Shown piece after piece: positions 33,270-47,034 of a DNA stretch of 64,000 nt (positions are counted from its first letter, which is position 1; each line of letters opens with the position of its first letter). The notes under the pieces were generated by a model. That model had not been told where the DNA came from. It did no database searches and worked only from the letters and a program-made list of their open reading frames with translations. Location: positions 744,001-808,000 of the forward strand of contig NIVC01000412.1 of assembly GCA_002269645.1 (NCBI GenBank). Direction: 5' to 3'. The translations under genes and the position numbers were made by a program. The DNA is from Macrostomum lignano (Eukaryota).

Positions 33270-35490
33270 CATCTACCTCTCTCATATTTTTACTCTCTCA
33301 TATCTCTACTCTCGCATTTTTTTTTTCTCTCATCTCCCCTATCACTCATCGCCCCTATCTCCTATCTCTCATCTCTCATCTCATTTATCTCCTATCTCTC
33401 ATCTCTCATCTCATTTATCTCCTATCTCTCATCTCTCATCTCATTTATCTTCTATCTCTCATCTCTCATCTCATTTATCTCCTATCTCCTCATCTCTCAT
33501 CTCATTTATCTCCTATCTCTCATCTCTCATCTCATTTATCTCCTATCTCTCATCTCTCATCTCATTTATCTCCCATCTCTCATCCTATTTATCTCCTATC
33601 TCTCAAATTGTCTGCACGTCACTGATTTGCCTGTGTTAAATTTAGCTGCATTATCAGGTCAATGGGTGCATTTGTTTTTGTGTTCGATAATAGGGGTACG
33701 TTCGCTCTATGAGTGTAGACATAAATTATATGTCTCTCATATCCTATCTCTCATCTCCTAGCTCTCATCTCCCCTATCTCTCATCTCTTATCTATCATCT
33801 TCCCTATCTCTCATCTCTCATCTATCATCTTCCCTATCTCTCATCTCTCATCTATCATCACCCCTATCTCTCATCTCTCATCTATCATCTTCCCTATCTC
33901 TCATCTCTCATCTATCATCTTCCCTATCTCTCATCTCTCATCTATCATCTTCCCTATCTCTCATCTCTCATCTATCATCTCCCATATCCTTCATCTCCCC
34001 TATCTTCAATCTCCCCTTTTCCTCATCTCTCATATCTTTCATCTTCCATATTAATTTTCCTGTCACTGTCTCTCGATGTCTTTATTTTCGATTATATTTC
34101 GCACTTTTTACCTTAATTGCATTGCAACGTTTGAGCTGTGCTATAATCCTGTAAAATCTGGATAATTCACTGCTCACAGTGCTCAGTCGCAGACGGTTCA
34201 CCACAGCAACTCTGTCAGCGCTTTCTTGGTAAAAAAAATTGGAAAACTACAATCCACTATACTGAAAATCGTTATACTATAAACTGATTTCATTATTTAG
34301 TAATAAACATTGCCAAACAGCCTGGTTGGCTTGCCAGAGGTCACTGCTTAACTAAAACTGCGGCTCTTAAATTAGCTTTCTAAAAATAGATTGGTCTGAC
34401 GCCACAGGGCTGTGCCGCACATACTAATTAAGGCTAGAGAGCATTTAATCATTTATTTCTTATCTTATCTAATCATTTATGATGCATTTTCTAACTCTCT
34501 AACAAAATATGCGCTACTTGCTAGTAGTTCAATAAAGCATGATATCAAAATTTTCAATAAAACTGTGACAGGGTTGACAATTTTTCTATGTTCAGTGACT
34601 CGTGACTCATAATATTATGAATGAATTCACATTGTCTGTGAATCCTATTGTGACTGAACCATATTGTGACTGAATCATATTGTGACTGAATCATATTGTG
34701 ACTGAACCATATTGTGACTGAATCAAATTTTAACTGAATCATATTGTGACTGAACCATATTGTGACTGAATCATATTGTGACTGAATCATATTGTGACTG
34801 AATCATATTTTCACTGATCCGTAGTCACTCCAATGTAAGGCCTAATGATATTGTCACAGAACTACATTGTGAATGAACCGTGTTAATCACTACAGGCCGA
34901 ACCAGAGCCCATAGCGCTCTCGCATTCAGATCCGCCATGCTTTTTGAGCAATCAAAGAGGCAATGAAGAAATTTTTGTTAGGAATTTCATAAAGCATTTG
35001 CTGCATTTCTGTTGCTCACCAAAATTTTGTTGTTTTTTATTTTGTTAAATAGTTTCAGATGTACTTTATAACATTGAAGTACATTTCTTGGTAATTCTTG
35101 GTTGACTTTTAGTGAGCAGGTGATGGAGAACAATTTGCGAGCTGCCCTGTTATGGAAAACTAGGGATTGCCCAGTCTCTAACAGGTGACATATACCAGTC
35201 TCTAACAGGTGACATATACCAGTCTCTAACAGGTGACATATACCAGTCTCTAACAGGTGACATATACCAGTCTCTAACAGGTGACATATACCAGTCTCTA
35301 ACAGGTGACATATACCAGTCTCTAACAGGTGACATTTCCCAGCATCTAACATGTTACATTTCCCAGTCTCTAACAGGTCAAATTTCCCTGTCTGCAACAG
35401 GTAACATTTTCCAGTCTGTAACAGGTTACATTTCCCAGTCTGTAACAAGTTACATTTCCCGGTCTCTAACAGGTGACATTTCCCAGTCTT
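33270..35490. repeat. CT-rich (33270-34025), 16-bp (34644-34812) and 24-bp (35170-35490) tandem arrays
   Basis: Direct reading. Confidence 0.9.
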
Positions 35491-36265
35491 ATAAATGAAA
35501 CACTTACCCTGTTTAACGTATACTTTCTTACAGTTTGATTATAAACAAGAATTTTTGTCCTGTTTTTAACAACTTGTACAACAAAGTTTACACCAGAAAA
35601 TTATTATTTTCTTATTTTGTTGCTCAATTCAAATGAGTAATGGGTTTTTGCAGCAAGTAATTTCTGCTGCTGCCTGTCAGGCTAAATTGTTAATATGAGT
35701 ATAAAAATCCACAGATACTGGAATAACTCGCTTTGTCCCTCGTAATTAAAGTTGGCAAAAAAGTACAGCGTCTACACTTTTTCAGTAGTTTGTCTGCGCA
35801 GTGTCACTTAAATTTAATGTGCCAGCTGAAATTTCAATTCCTTGGGGTTTGCGGCAGGCAGGCCAAATCCAGCTCAGCCAATAAGAGAGCAGTAAGGAGA
35901 CGAGAGGTCAAAGTTAGGCGGAAGAAACCCAGCCTAAGGGGGACAGGCCCAATCTGGCTCAGCCAATGATAGAGCAGTAAGGAGAGAGGTCGAAGTCAGA
36001 CAGACAAAACTCAGCCTAAGGGGGGTAGGCAGGCCCAATCTAGCTCAGCCAATCAGAGAGCCTGCTTGTAGAAATCCAAAAGCGATTGTCGCAGCTCCAA
36101 AATCGTCAAAACTTGAAGAATTGATTGATTTTTATTTTTATTACTATATTAAGCAATAAACGCTCTTTTCTCTACTGAAAAAGAGTAGACGAGTGACATC
36201 TAGCTATTCTGTATCTGTGTTGCGTAGAACCGAGCTTTACAAAACTTTCTGGTTTGGCTTTTCAG

Positions 36266-36280
36266 AGGCCGCCCGAGCGA
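36266..36280 (+). CDS. TMEM245: Candidate 15-nt micro-exon, TMEM245 C-terminus
   Basis: ttctggtttggcttttcag|AGGCCGCCCGAGCGA|gtgagt; phase 1-1 compatible with the donor at 31956. Confidence 0.4.
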
Positions 36281-36489
36281 GTGAGTCATCGGCTACAAAT
36301 ATTCGCCGCACCGTTTCCATGTTTGATCACAATAAGAAAAATTAACTGCTGTTCGATTGACAGTTTAATATTGCTTTTTGATACTATTGACTTGCTGCTT
36401 CTTTTGCTGGAGTGTTGGCTTTATGAGCAGCTGAAGCATCCTGTGTGCGTGTACAGTGGCGGCCAGACAGACACACAGACACTAAGACG

Positions 36490-36663
<174 letters not shown>

Positions 36664-37247
36664 CACTAATGCACCGACACTGAGGCCGAGGCACTCTCAA
36701 GCCTACATACGTGTCTATTTTGTCTGACTGCAAGTTTCTTATTTTGTCAGGTAGAATTCAATACTGTTAATGCTTATCAGCCATGGAAAACATATCGAAA
36801 CAGTATCAATTATTTTCTCTCCGACAGTTCAGTCGCATGCATTGATTCTATTAAGTCATCACCTGTAACTAAACTCGAATACTTGCAATGTAAAACTGCT
36901 TGATGTATTTATAAAATTAGTGAGCGTGCTAAGTATACTTTGTAAACTAGGCAATTTACATTGTAGAGAGCTCGTGAATTGTAACCGCTTTATGTTTCTG
37001 TTGTTTAATAAAATTAATGAGAGTTGAGTCGCGGAATATGAGTAGTCTTGGAATGCTTCGCTTTTTCTGCTGTTTTGAATTTTATGCAAACACTCAGTTC
37101 AAACAAACAAATTGGACTTTTTATTGAGATTTTTTATTTCAATTTATCAAATAATCATTTTGACTTTTCTAAAGGTAAAAGTTAAAAATACCTGTGATGG
37201 AAACATGCTTTTAATGATCGTGCAAGTTGATGCATACTTTGATGCCT

Positions 37248-37990
37248 GCCGATTATCAGTTAATTGCCGCCTTTGATCTCTGCCGACTATTAGATAATTG
37301 CCGCCTTAGATCTCTGCCGATTGTCTGATAATTGCCGCCTTTGATCTTTGCCGACTATCTATCAGATAACTGCCGCTATTGATCTCTGCCGATTGTCAGA
37401 TAATTGCCGCCTTTGATCTCTGCCGATTGTCAGATAATTGCCGCCTTTGATCTCTGCCGATTGTCAGATAATTGCCGCCTTTGATCTCTGCCGATTGTCA
37501 GATAATTGCCGCCTTTGATCTCTGCCGATTGTCAGATAATTGCCGCCTTTGATCTTTGCCGACTATCAGATAACTGCCGCCATTGATCTCTGCCGATTGT
37601 CAGATAATTGCCGCCTTTGATCTCTGCCGATTGTCAGATAATTGCCGCCTTTGATCTCTGCCGATTGTCAGATAATTGCCGCCTTTGATCTCTGCCGATT
37701 GTCAGATAATTTCCGCCTTTGATCTCTGCCGATTGTCAGATAATTGCCGCCTTTGATCTCTGCCGATTGTCAGATAATTGCCGCCTTTGATCTCTGCCGA
37801 TTGTCAGATAATTGCCGCCTTAGATCTCTGCCGATTGTCAGATAATTGCCGCCTTTGATCTCTGCCGATTGTCAGATAATTTCCGCCTTTGATTTCTGCC
37901 GATTGTCAGATAATTGCCGCCTTTGATCTCTGCCGATTATCAGATAATTTTAGCCTTTGATTTTTGCCGATTGTTTAATAATTGCCACCA
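37248..37990. repeat. 34-bp minisatellite (GATAATTGCCGCCTTTGATCTCTGCCGATTGTCA)
   Basis: About 21 copies. Confidence 0.95.
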
Positions 37991-38079
37991 TTCATCTCAG
38001 CCGACTGCGCCAATTAAATTGCTGCCTTTGATCAACGTCGATTGTACTTTGCCGTAGTTTTTTTGTGCGAAATTCGCAG

Positions 38080-38117
38080 CTTTCGCACCAGCTCGGTTTC
38101 AGCGGCCGCCAGGCTGA
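38080..38117 (+). CDS. TMEM245: Candidate terminal coding exon of TMEM245 (..FAPARFQRPPG*)
   Basis: gtttttttgtgcgaaattcgcag| acceptor, phase 1, stop at 38115-38117. Confidence 0.3.
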
Positions 38118-38934
38118 CGGGGCAAATCCAGGAGTGAGTGACGCCTAAGACTGCGTGCAGGTGGCTCATGGCTGCCATTGCGCAGGCAACAGCGATGCAC
38201 ACAAAGGTGTACCAAAGCAGGGCCAGTTCGGTATTGTTAAGAGGTGCCATTTTTAATAACAAAAATGTAATATCAGTCAATAATTGCAAAGCAAACAACC
38301 TGATGAATATCGATATTAATCTAATATACATTCTGTATTAATCGAATTGATGAAACACAAATAGGTACGTGCATGACGTTGGACCATAGACACTTAGACC
38401 ATAGATACTTCGAAGTATATAAACTGGGTTTTTGTCTACCAACCCGCGATTTTAAACTACCTCTTACGTGAAATTAAGTATGCTTATACCAGCGTACCTT
38501 GAAGTAAAAATAAGAACCCTATGAACTATGCGGAATGCATATAGATAATAAGTCAACAATGTGCTACAGGAAATCGAATGACAATTACAAAATCTATTTC
38601 AATATAGATTAGTCGCGTTTATTTCACTCTATACATGAAAGACTGACAGTTCAGTACAATACGTTTGATAACGGATTGATCATGTGTATAGAAATAACAC
38701 CCGGAACTAACATTATATTAGTAGAAGTTGGCTGTAGAGTTAAGGGTAGTTACTTACAGGTAGGCAATTACATGCATGGTAGAATTGTTCATATTTGTTT
38801 TCATATAGAACTGGTCCGATAGCTCGTACTCGTAGAATATAAATGCCAATACAGCTACTTGTAGCACTATTGAACTATTTGTGGCTCAATGAAAAGCGCT
38901 GATTTTCGGCAAGGGGGCAGGCGATCAATGTCTG

Positions 38935-39885
38935 TGAACATTGGGCACAGGGGTATAGAGAGCCATGGCCATACAAGATCAGTGTACATTGGGGACAGGG
39001 GTAGAGAGACTTAATTGGCTATCCAAGATCAGTGTACATTGGGGACAGGGGTAGAGAGACTTAATTGGCTATCCAAGATCAGTGTACATTGGGGACAGGG
39101 GTAGAGAGACTTAATTGGCTATCCAAGATCAGTGTACATTAAGACACTCGGTAGAGAGACGCGGTCATTTATAACAAGATTATTAGACTGGCCACATAAA
39201 AAGTGTTTAGTCTCTCTCATTTCTACTAGTGCTAAGTAGTACACTACATAAATGTATTCATATATAAACAAGGCGCTTTTGCTCCAACAGAAATCAATCA
39301 AAGCAACAAACAGACGACAGTCAGGCCGAGGCTGGCGGCTGCAACCAGCCCAATCGAAGGCCGGTTCGCGTTGGCTCCAACAATCACGTTGGTTCGAGCT
39401 CGGCGGGCCAGGTCTGCAGTGCGATACGAGAGTTGAAGAATTTCTGTTGCTTTGTGGCTTTTTTTGTGACTCATTTTGGCACATGTACCTACTGTCTCCC
39501 TCACATGTTTCTACTGTCTCCCTCACATGTACCTACTGTCTCCCTCACATGTTCCTACTGTCTCCCTCACATGTACCTACTGTCTCCCTCACATGTACCT
39601 ACTGTCTCCCTTACATGTACCTACTGTCTCCCTCACATGTACCTACTGTCTCCTTCAAATTTACTACTGTCTCCCTCATATGTACCTACTGTCTCTCTCA
39701 CATGTACCTACTGTCTCCCTCACATGTACCTGCTGTCTCCCTCACATGTACCTACCGTCTCCCTTACATGTACCTACCGTCTCCCTTACATGTACACCTA
39801 CTGTCTCCCTCACATGTGCCTACCGTCTCCCTCGCGTGTGCACTCACTGTCTCCCTCACATGTACACTCACTGTCTCCCTCACAT
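38935..39885. repeat. 50-bp (38935-39145) and 22-bp (39480-39885) tandem arrays flanking the GPI-signal exon
   Basis: Direct reading. Confidence 0.9.
39298..39413 (-). CDS. Probable last exon of the ephrin gene encoding a GPI-anchor-like signal
   Basis: Acceptor tcttcaactctcgtatcgcactgcag|; (D)LARRARTNVIVGANANRPSIGLVAAASLGLTVVCLLL* ends in a hydrophobic tail with no cytoplasmic domain; phase 1 matches the end of exon 54693. Confidence 0.55.
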
Positions 39886-40450
39886 AGAAGGTGATCACAG
39901 CATCCTAGATAATGATAAACTCAGTGGGTTATCCTACAAAGCTCTTCTTGCCTTAACACTTAGAAATCTCTAATGAATGGCTGTGTTCGCGCATAGTCGA
40001 AGTTGTTTTTCATCTAATTTGCGTCCTCCGAAAAATAATCAAGTAGTTGTTATTTTATAGTGCATCATTTCATGGTTTGGATAGATTCTCACGGGCAAAA
40101 GATACACTGCTCATGAATAGTTTTGAGCCTGGTTTTCATAATGCAGTGTTGGGGTCTCTGCAGTGTGAATGCAACAATTTGAATCTAAATGGACGGCCTT
40201 GTCTGCGGTTTATGACCAATTTAAGTGTAAGTTTTATGACTTGAAACTATTTATTGCTTTCAGCAATTGTGCGAGTGAACCCCCAGCAAGGTGACAGTTG
40301 AGACTGGCTGAGTTTTATTAGTCTCATTACCAATTTTCACGGGGAATTTAATCTATTTATATGAGGGTCAGGCGTGATTTAGAGCTGCAAAATACTTGTA
40401 GACTTAGGCAGGTGCTACAAGAACTACAGTATGAGTTATTCAGAGAGGGA

Positions 40451-41440
40451 ATCTGGGAGGCTGGCCCAGCAACTGGGGATCTAGGAGTCTGGCCCAGCAA
40501 CTGAGAATCTGGGAGGCTGGCCCAGCAACTGAGGATCTGGGAGGCTGGCCCAGCAACTGAGGAGCTGGGAGGCTGGCCCAGCAACTGAGAATCTGGGAGG
40601 CTGGCCCAGCAACTGAGGATCTGGGAGGCTGGCCTAGCAACTGAGAATCTGGGAGGCTGGCCCAGCAACTGAGGATCCGGGAGGCTGGCCCAGCAACTGA
40701 GAATCTGGGAGGCTGGCCCAGCAACTGAGGATCTGGGAGGCTGGCCCAGCAACTGAGGATCTGGGAGGCTGGCCCAGCAACTGAGAATCTGGGAGGCTGG
40801 CCTAGCAACTGAGGATCTGGGAGGCTGGCCTAGCAACTGAGGATCTGGGAGGCTGGCCCAGCAACTGAGGATCTGGGAGGCTGGCCTAGCAACTGAGAAT
40901 CTGGGAGGCTGGCCCAGCAACTGAGAATCTGGGACGCTGGCCTAGCAACTGAGGATCTGGGAGGCTGGCCTAGCAACTGAGGATCTGGGAGGCTGGCCCA
41001 GCAACTGATGAGGATCTGGGAGGCTGGCCCAGCAACTGATGAGGATCTGGGAGGCTGGCCCAGCAACTGATGAGGATCTGGGAGGCTGGCCCAGCAACTG
41101 ATGAGGATCTGGGAGGCTGGCCCAGCAACTGATGAGGATCTGGGAGGCTGGCCCAGCAACTGATGAGGATCTGGGAGGCTGGCCCAGCAACTGATGAGGA
41201 TCTGGGAGGCTGGCCCAGCAACTGATGAGGATCTGGGAGGCTGGCCCAGCAACTGATGAGGATCTGGGAGGCTGGCCCAGCAACTGATGAGGATCTGGGA
41301 GGCTGGCCCAGCAACTGATGAGGATCTGGGAGGCTGGCCCAGCAACTGATGAGGATCTGGGAGGCTGGCCCAGCAACTGATGAGGATCTGGGAGGCTGGC
41401 CCAGCAACTGATGAGGATCTGGGAGGCTGGCCCAGCAACC
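40451..41440. repeat. 28/31-bp minisatellite (CTGGGAGGCTGGCCCAGCAACTGA[TGA]GGAT)
   Basis: 28-bp units followed by a homogeneous block of a 31-bp variant. Confidence 0.95.
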
Positions 41441-41921
41441 ACGAGCGTAAGGATCTGGGAGGCACACAAGCATAGCCAGGTTCTGTATATTTTGCCACTC
41501 CAAGAGTGGGAGTTGACAGACGGTGTTTTTAGAATCCGCAAGATCCGTAATATCAAGTAGCACGCAATTCGGCTTTTAAAAAAGCAGCGCCCCATCCAAG
41601 GAAATTCCAGTGCAAAAAAAGATTTTCTTGGAAATTTCACGGAGAGAAAAAATAATGGCGTGCCGAGGCAGCCCCTGGCCGGGAAAGGCGGACCTTGTGG
41701 CATACGGCAAGGGGTTTCTCAGTGGCTACTTAAAACACTTTTTGCTAGGAAGAAAAAGAAAGGAAGCAGCGAGTGGACAACACCTGAGTCACGCCAAGCC
41801 CATCGACTGCCTCTTGCGGCTGGGCTGCTTGTGCCGAGGAGAGAAACATTTTGGAGTGCTCTGCTTCGAGTCGGATAATCGGGGTTCGAACAATGTCTGC
41901 GTGCGATTGCCGATTGCCGAT

Positions 41922-44900
41922 GTGTCCTAGTGTCTGTCCTAGTGCCTGTCCTAGTGTCTGTCCTAGTGTCTGTCCTAGTGCCTGTCCTAATGTCTGTCCT
42001 AGTGTCTGTCCTATAGTGTCTGTCCTAGTGTGTGCCCTAGTGTCTGTCCTAGTGCCTGTCCTAGTGTCTGTCCTAGTGCCTGTCCTAGTGTCTGTCCTAG
42101 TGTGTGTCCTAGTGTCTGTCCTAGTGCCTGTCCTAGTGTCTGTCCTAGTGCCTGTCCTAGTGTCTGTCCTAGTGCCTGTCCTAGTGTCTGTCCTAGTGTC
42201 TGTCCTAGTGTGTGTCCTAGTGTCTGTCCTAGTGCCTGTCCTAGTATCTGTCCTAGTGTCTGTCCTAGTGTGTGTCCTAGTGTGTGTCCTAGTGTGTGTC
42301 CTAGTGTCTGTCCTAGTGTGTGTCCTAGTGCCTGTCCTAGTGTGTGTCCTAGTGTCTGTCCTAGTGTGTGTCCTAGTGTCTGTCCTAGTGTGTGTCCTAG
42401 TGTCTGTCCCAGTGTCTGTCCTAGTGTCTGTCCTAGTGTCTGCCCTAGTGTGTGTCCTAGTGTGTGTCCTAGTGTGTGTCCTAGTGTCTGTCCTAGTGCC
42501 TGTACTAGTGCCTGTCCTAGTGTGTGTCCTAGTGTGTGTCCTAGTGTCTGTCCTAGTGCCTGTCCTAGTGTCTGTCCTAGTGTCTGTCCTAGTGTCTGTC
42601 CTAGTGTCTGTCCTAGTGTCTGTCCTAGTGACTGTCCTAGTGTCTGTCCTAGTGTCTGTCCTAGTGTCTGTCCTAGTGTCTGTCCTAGTGTCTGCCCTAG
42701 TGCCTGTCCTAGTGCATGTCCTAGTGTCTGTCCTAGTGCCTGTCCTAGTGTGTGTCCTAGTGTGTGTCCTAGTGTCTGTCCTAGTGCCTGTCCTAGTGTC
42801 TGTCCTAGTGCCTGTCCTAGTGTCTGTCCTAGTGTGTGTCCTAGTGTCTGTCCTAGTGCCTGTCCTAGTGTCTGTCCTAGTGCCTGTCCTAGTGTCTGTC
42901 CTAGTGTATATCCTAGTGTCTGTCCTAGTGTCTGTCCTAGTGTGTGTCCTAGTGTCTGTCCTAGTGCCTGTCCTAGTGTCTGTCCTAGTGTCTGTCCTAG
43001 TGCCTGTCCTAGTGTCTGTCCTAGTGTCTGTCCTAGTGTGTGTCCTAGTGTCTGTCCTAGTGCCTGTCCTAGTGTCTGTCCTAGTGTCTGTCCTAGTGTG
43101 TGTCCTAGTGTCTGTCCTAGTGCCTGTCCTAGTGTCTGTCCTAGTGCCTGTCCTAGTGTCTGTCCTAGTGCCTGTCCTAGTGTGTGTCCTAGTGTGTGTC
43201 CTAGTGTCTGTCCTAGTGCCTGTCCTAGTGTCTGTCCTAGTGTCTGTCCTAGTGTCTGTCCTAGTGCCTGTCCTAGTGCATGTCCTAGTGTCTGTCCTAG
43301 TGCCTGTCCTAGTGTGTGTCCTAGTGTCTGTCCTAGTGTTTGTCCTAGTGTCTGTCCTAGTGCCTGTACTAGTGCCTGTCCTAGTGTGTGTCCTAGGGTC
43401 TGTCCTAGTGCCTGTCCTAGTGCCTGTCCTAGTGCCTGTCCTAGTGTGTGTCCTAGTGTGTGTCCTAGTGTCTGTCCTAGTGCCTGTCCTAGTGTCTGTC
43501 CTAGTGTCTGTCCTAGTGTCTGTCCTAGTGCCTGTCCTAGTGCATGTCCTAGTGTCTGTCCTAGTGCCTGTCCTAGTGTGTGTCCTAGTGTCTGTCCTAG
43601 TGTTTGTCCTAGTGTCTGTCCTAGTGCCTGTACTAGTGCCTGTCCTTTTGTGTGTCCTAGGGTCTGTCCTAGTGCCTGTCCTAGTGCCTGTCCTAGTGTC
43701 TGTCCTAGTGTCTGTCCTAGTGTGTGTCCTAGTGTGTGTCCTAGTGTCTGTCCTAGTGCCTGTCCTAGTGCCTGTCCTAGTGTCTGTCCTAGTGTCTGTC
43801 CTAGTGCCTGTCCTAGTGTCTGTCCTAGTGTCTGTCCTAGTGTCTGTCCCAGTGACTGTCCTAGTGTCTGTCCTAGTGTATGTCCTAGTGTCTGTCCTAG
43901 TGTGTGTCCTAGTGTGTGTCCTAGTGTCTGTCCTAGTGCCTGTCCTAGTGTCTGTCCTAGTGTCTGTCCTAGTGTCTGTCCTAGTGCCTGTCCTAGTGTC
44001 TGTCCTAGTGCCTGTCCTAGTGTCTGTCCTAGTGTCTGTCCTAGTGTCTGTCCTAGTGCCTGTCCTAGTGTCTGTCCTAGTGTCTGTCCTAGTGTCTGTC
44101 CTACTGCCTGTCCTAGTGTCTGTCCTAGTGCCTGTCCTAGTGTCTGTCCTAGTGTCTGTCCTAGTGTCTGCCCTAGTGTCTGTCCTAGTGCCTGTCCTAG
44201 TGTCTGTCCTAGTGTCTGTCCTAGTGCCTGTCCTAGTGTCTGCCCTAGTGTCTGTCCTAGTGTCTGTCCTAGTGTCTGTCCTAGCGTCTGTCCTAGTGTC
44301 TGTCCTAGTGTGTGTCCTAGTGTGTGTCCTAGTGTGTGTCCTATTGTGTGTCCTAGTGTCTGTCCTAGTGTGTGTCCTAGTGCCTGTCCTAGTGTGTGTC
44401 CTAGTGTCTGTCCTAGTGTGTGTCCTAGTGTCTGTCCTAGTGTGTGTCCTAGTGTCTGTCCCAGTGTCTGTCCTAGTGTCTGTCCTAGTGTCTGCCCTAG
44501 TGTGTGTCCTAGTGTGTGTCCTAGTGTCTGTCCTAGTGCCTGTACTAGTGCCTGTCCTAGTGTGTGTCCTAGGGTCTGTCCTAGTGCCTGTCCTAGTGCC
44601 TGTCCTAGTGTCTGTCCTAGTGTCTGTCCTAGTGTCTGTCCTAGTGCCTGTCCTAGTGTCTGTCCTAGTGTCTGTCCTAGTGCCTGTCCTAGTGTCTGTC
44701 CTAGTGTCTGTCCTAGTGCCTGTCCTAGTGTCTGTCCTAGTGTCTGTCCTAGTGTCTGTCCTAGTGTCTGTCCTAGTGCCTGTCCTAGTGTCTGTCCTAG
44801 TGTCTGTCCTAGTGTCTGTCCTAGTGTCTGTCATAGTGTCTGTCCTAGTGTCTGTCCTAGTGTCTGTCCTAGTGCCTGTCCTAGTGTCTGTCCTAGTGTC

Positions 44901-45052
44901 TGTCCTAGTGTCTGTCCTAGTGTCTGTCCTAGTGCCTGTCCTAGTGTCTGTCCTAGTGTCTGTCCTATTGTCTGTTCTAGTGCCTGTCCTAGTGTCTGTC
45001 CTAGTGTCTGTCCTAGTGTCTGTCCTAGTGCCTGTCCTAGTTTCTGTCCTAA
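41922..45052. repeat. 12-bp satellite (CTAGTGTCTGTC), 3.1 kb
   Basis: Source of the 1029/1090/1019-aa pseudo-ORFs. Confidence 0.97.
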
Positions 45053-45535
45053 TGTCCGTCTGTCTATCTGTGTGCCCGTACAGGTGTAACAGACGTATCG
45101 CGCCTAAAATTTATTGCACCTAAATCTGAGGTGCCATAAAATTACATCATTTTCCAGCTGCACGCAAATGCAGCTCTAACAAAAGAAGCGGCAGTCGATG
45201 CCCGCCTGAGAGCTGGCTGCCAGCTTCTCCCCTCCATCGTCATCTCTGCAGCAGTAGGCATTCATGGAGAGAGCAAATATTTTCAAAGGCAGCAATGATA
45301 ACAAGCTGTCCACTTTGCTGCTCGATTGTGTTCGCCAGGGGTGGTCCGGACAGGTCTCTGGTGTGGAGAAGCAACTGCATGAAGCTGAAAAGCTTAAATA
45401 AAAATTTTTTTTAAGTCACAGTTTCCATACGAATAATGCTAATTGCTTCAGCTGTTTAGTTAAGGCTGTCTACTAGGCCAGGTTTATAAAAAAAGTTTTG
45501 GTTGGGTGTTTGGGGGAAGCGGTCATGGGGCTGCT

Positions 45536-46392
45536 ACTGACAGACACTGACAGACACTGGCAGACACTGACAGACACTGACGCAGACACTGACAGGCACT
45601 GACAGACACTGACAGACACTGACAGACACTGGCAGACTCTGGCAGACACTGACAGACACTGACAGACATGGACAGACACTGGCAGACACTGACGGACACT
45701 GACGCAGACACTGACACAGACACTGACAGACACTGACAGAAATGGGCAGACACTGGCAGACACTGACAGACACTGACGGACACTGACAGACACGCTGACA
45801 GACACTGGCAGACACTGACAGACACTGACAGACACTGACAGACACTGACAGAAATGGGCAGACACTGGCAGACACCGACAGACACTGACGGACACGCTGA
45901 CAGACACGCTGACAGACACTGGCAGACACTGACAGACACTGACAGACACTGACAGACACTGACAGACACTGGCAGACACTGACAGACACTGACAGACATG
46001 GACAGACACTGGCAGACACTGACGGACACTGACGCAGACACTGACACAGACACTGACAGACACTGACAGAAATGGGCAGACACTGGCAGACACTGACAGA
46101 CACTGACGGACACTGACAGACACGCTGACAGACACTGGCAGACACTGACAGACACTGACAGACACTGACAGACACTGACAGACACTGACGGACACTGACG
46201 CAGACACTGACACAGACACTGACAGACACTGACAGAAATGGGCAGACACTGGCAGACACTGACAGACACTGACGGACACGCTGACAGACACGCTGACAGA
46301 CACTGGCAGACACTGACAGACACTGACAGACACTGACAGACACTGGCAGACACTGACAGAAACTGACAGACACTTACAGACACTAACAGACG
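45536..46392. repeat. 10-bp minisatellite (GACAGACACT)
   Basis: Direct reading. Confidence 0.95.
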
Positions 46393-47034
46393 TCCACCTG
46401 AGCGAATAAACTATTGGCTACAGCCAGGGTCGCAGTGCCATAGCAAAGAATAATCTAGCAGGTTAAGCTGATGGGGGTTCATGGTAGCGGCTAGTATTGA
46501 TAAGGGTCTGACTGACTGACTGCGGATTGGAAATGACAAAGTGTCCCAATAGCTACATTAGCTGGGATTGCATACATGCAGATTACATGGGGATAATTGT
46601 ATAGAATGGGATATTTTAAATCGAGAAATCGTGTTTATCTAGATCTGCTAGGCTCCATAGTTCTTCATCAAGCAGTGCATTGGAGGCAGCTGGGGTGGAA
46701 CAGGCAGTAGATAAAGCATTTTTATTACATAATCAACCGACATATATTAGACTGGTGCTTTGACAATACAATACCTAAATGGCTTTTAATCAGCAAATGC
46801 ACCTGCGTACAGACCTGGAGGAGAATATAATAGAGATTTAATACAAAAGAAGATGTAAAAGCAAAATTATGCTTTTCGCAATTTCCGTGATGAGCCTGGG
46901 GTGGCCTCCGGGACTGCATTGGTTTGTCTTTCAAAGAAACGTCCGCTGCATTTTTGGGCTTTTGTGTCTCTTAAGATAATTATTTTTCTCGGGTGACCGC
47001 ATCCCAGCGAGTCGCAAAAAGATGCTAAGATTCA

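Noticed and set aside
17891-36188. CTACT...AGTAG palindromes at 17891 and 36172 as further Pol III promoters
   Set aside because: Spacers are 6 and 7 nt rather than 3, and no Y-like body or terminator follows.
38032-38331. Minus-strand hydrophobic ORF as an ephrin-B-type transmembrane exon
   Set aside because: No convincing phase-compatible acceptor, no conserved Tyr/PDZ tail, and it overlaps a better plus-strand exon candidate.
40985-41415. CTGATGAG in the 31-bp repeat as a hammerhead ribozyme core
   Set aside because: No GAAA partner or three-stem arrangement; it arises from a TGA insertion in the 28-bp unit.
41745-45123. 1029-, 1090- and 1019-aa ORFs
   Set aside because: Stop-free translations of a 12-bp satellite. 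The same applies to the repeat-derived ORFs at 45.5-46.4, 49.4-50.7, 51.0-51.6 kb and elsewhere.
45336-45415. GGGTGGTCCGGA as an eighth Y-like gene
   Set aside because: No complementary CTTGAC arm, no upper stem and no upstream TATA or palindrome.
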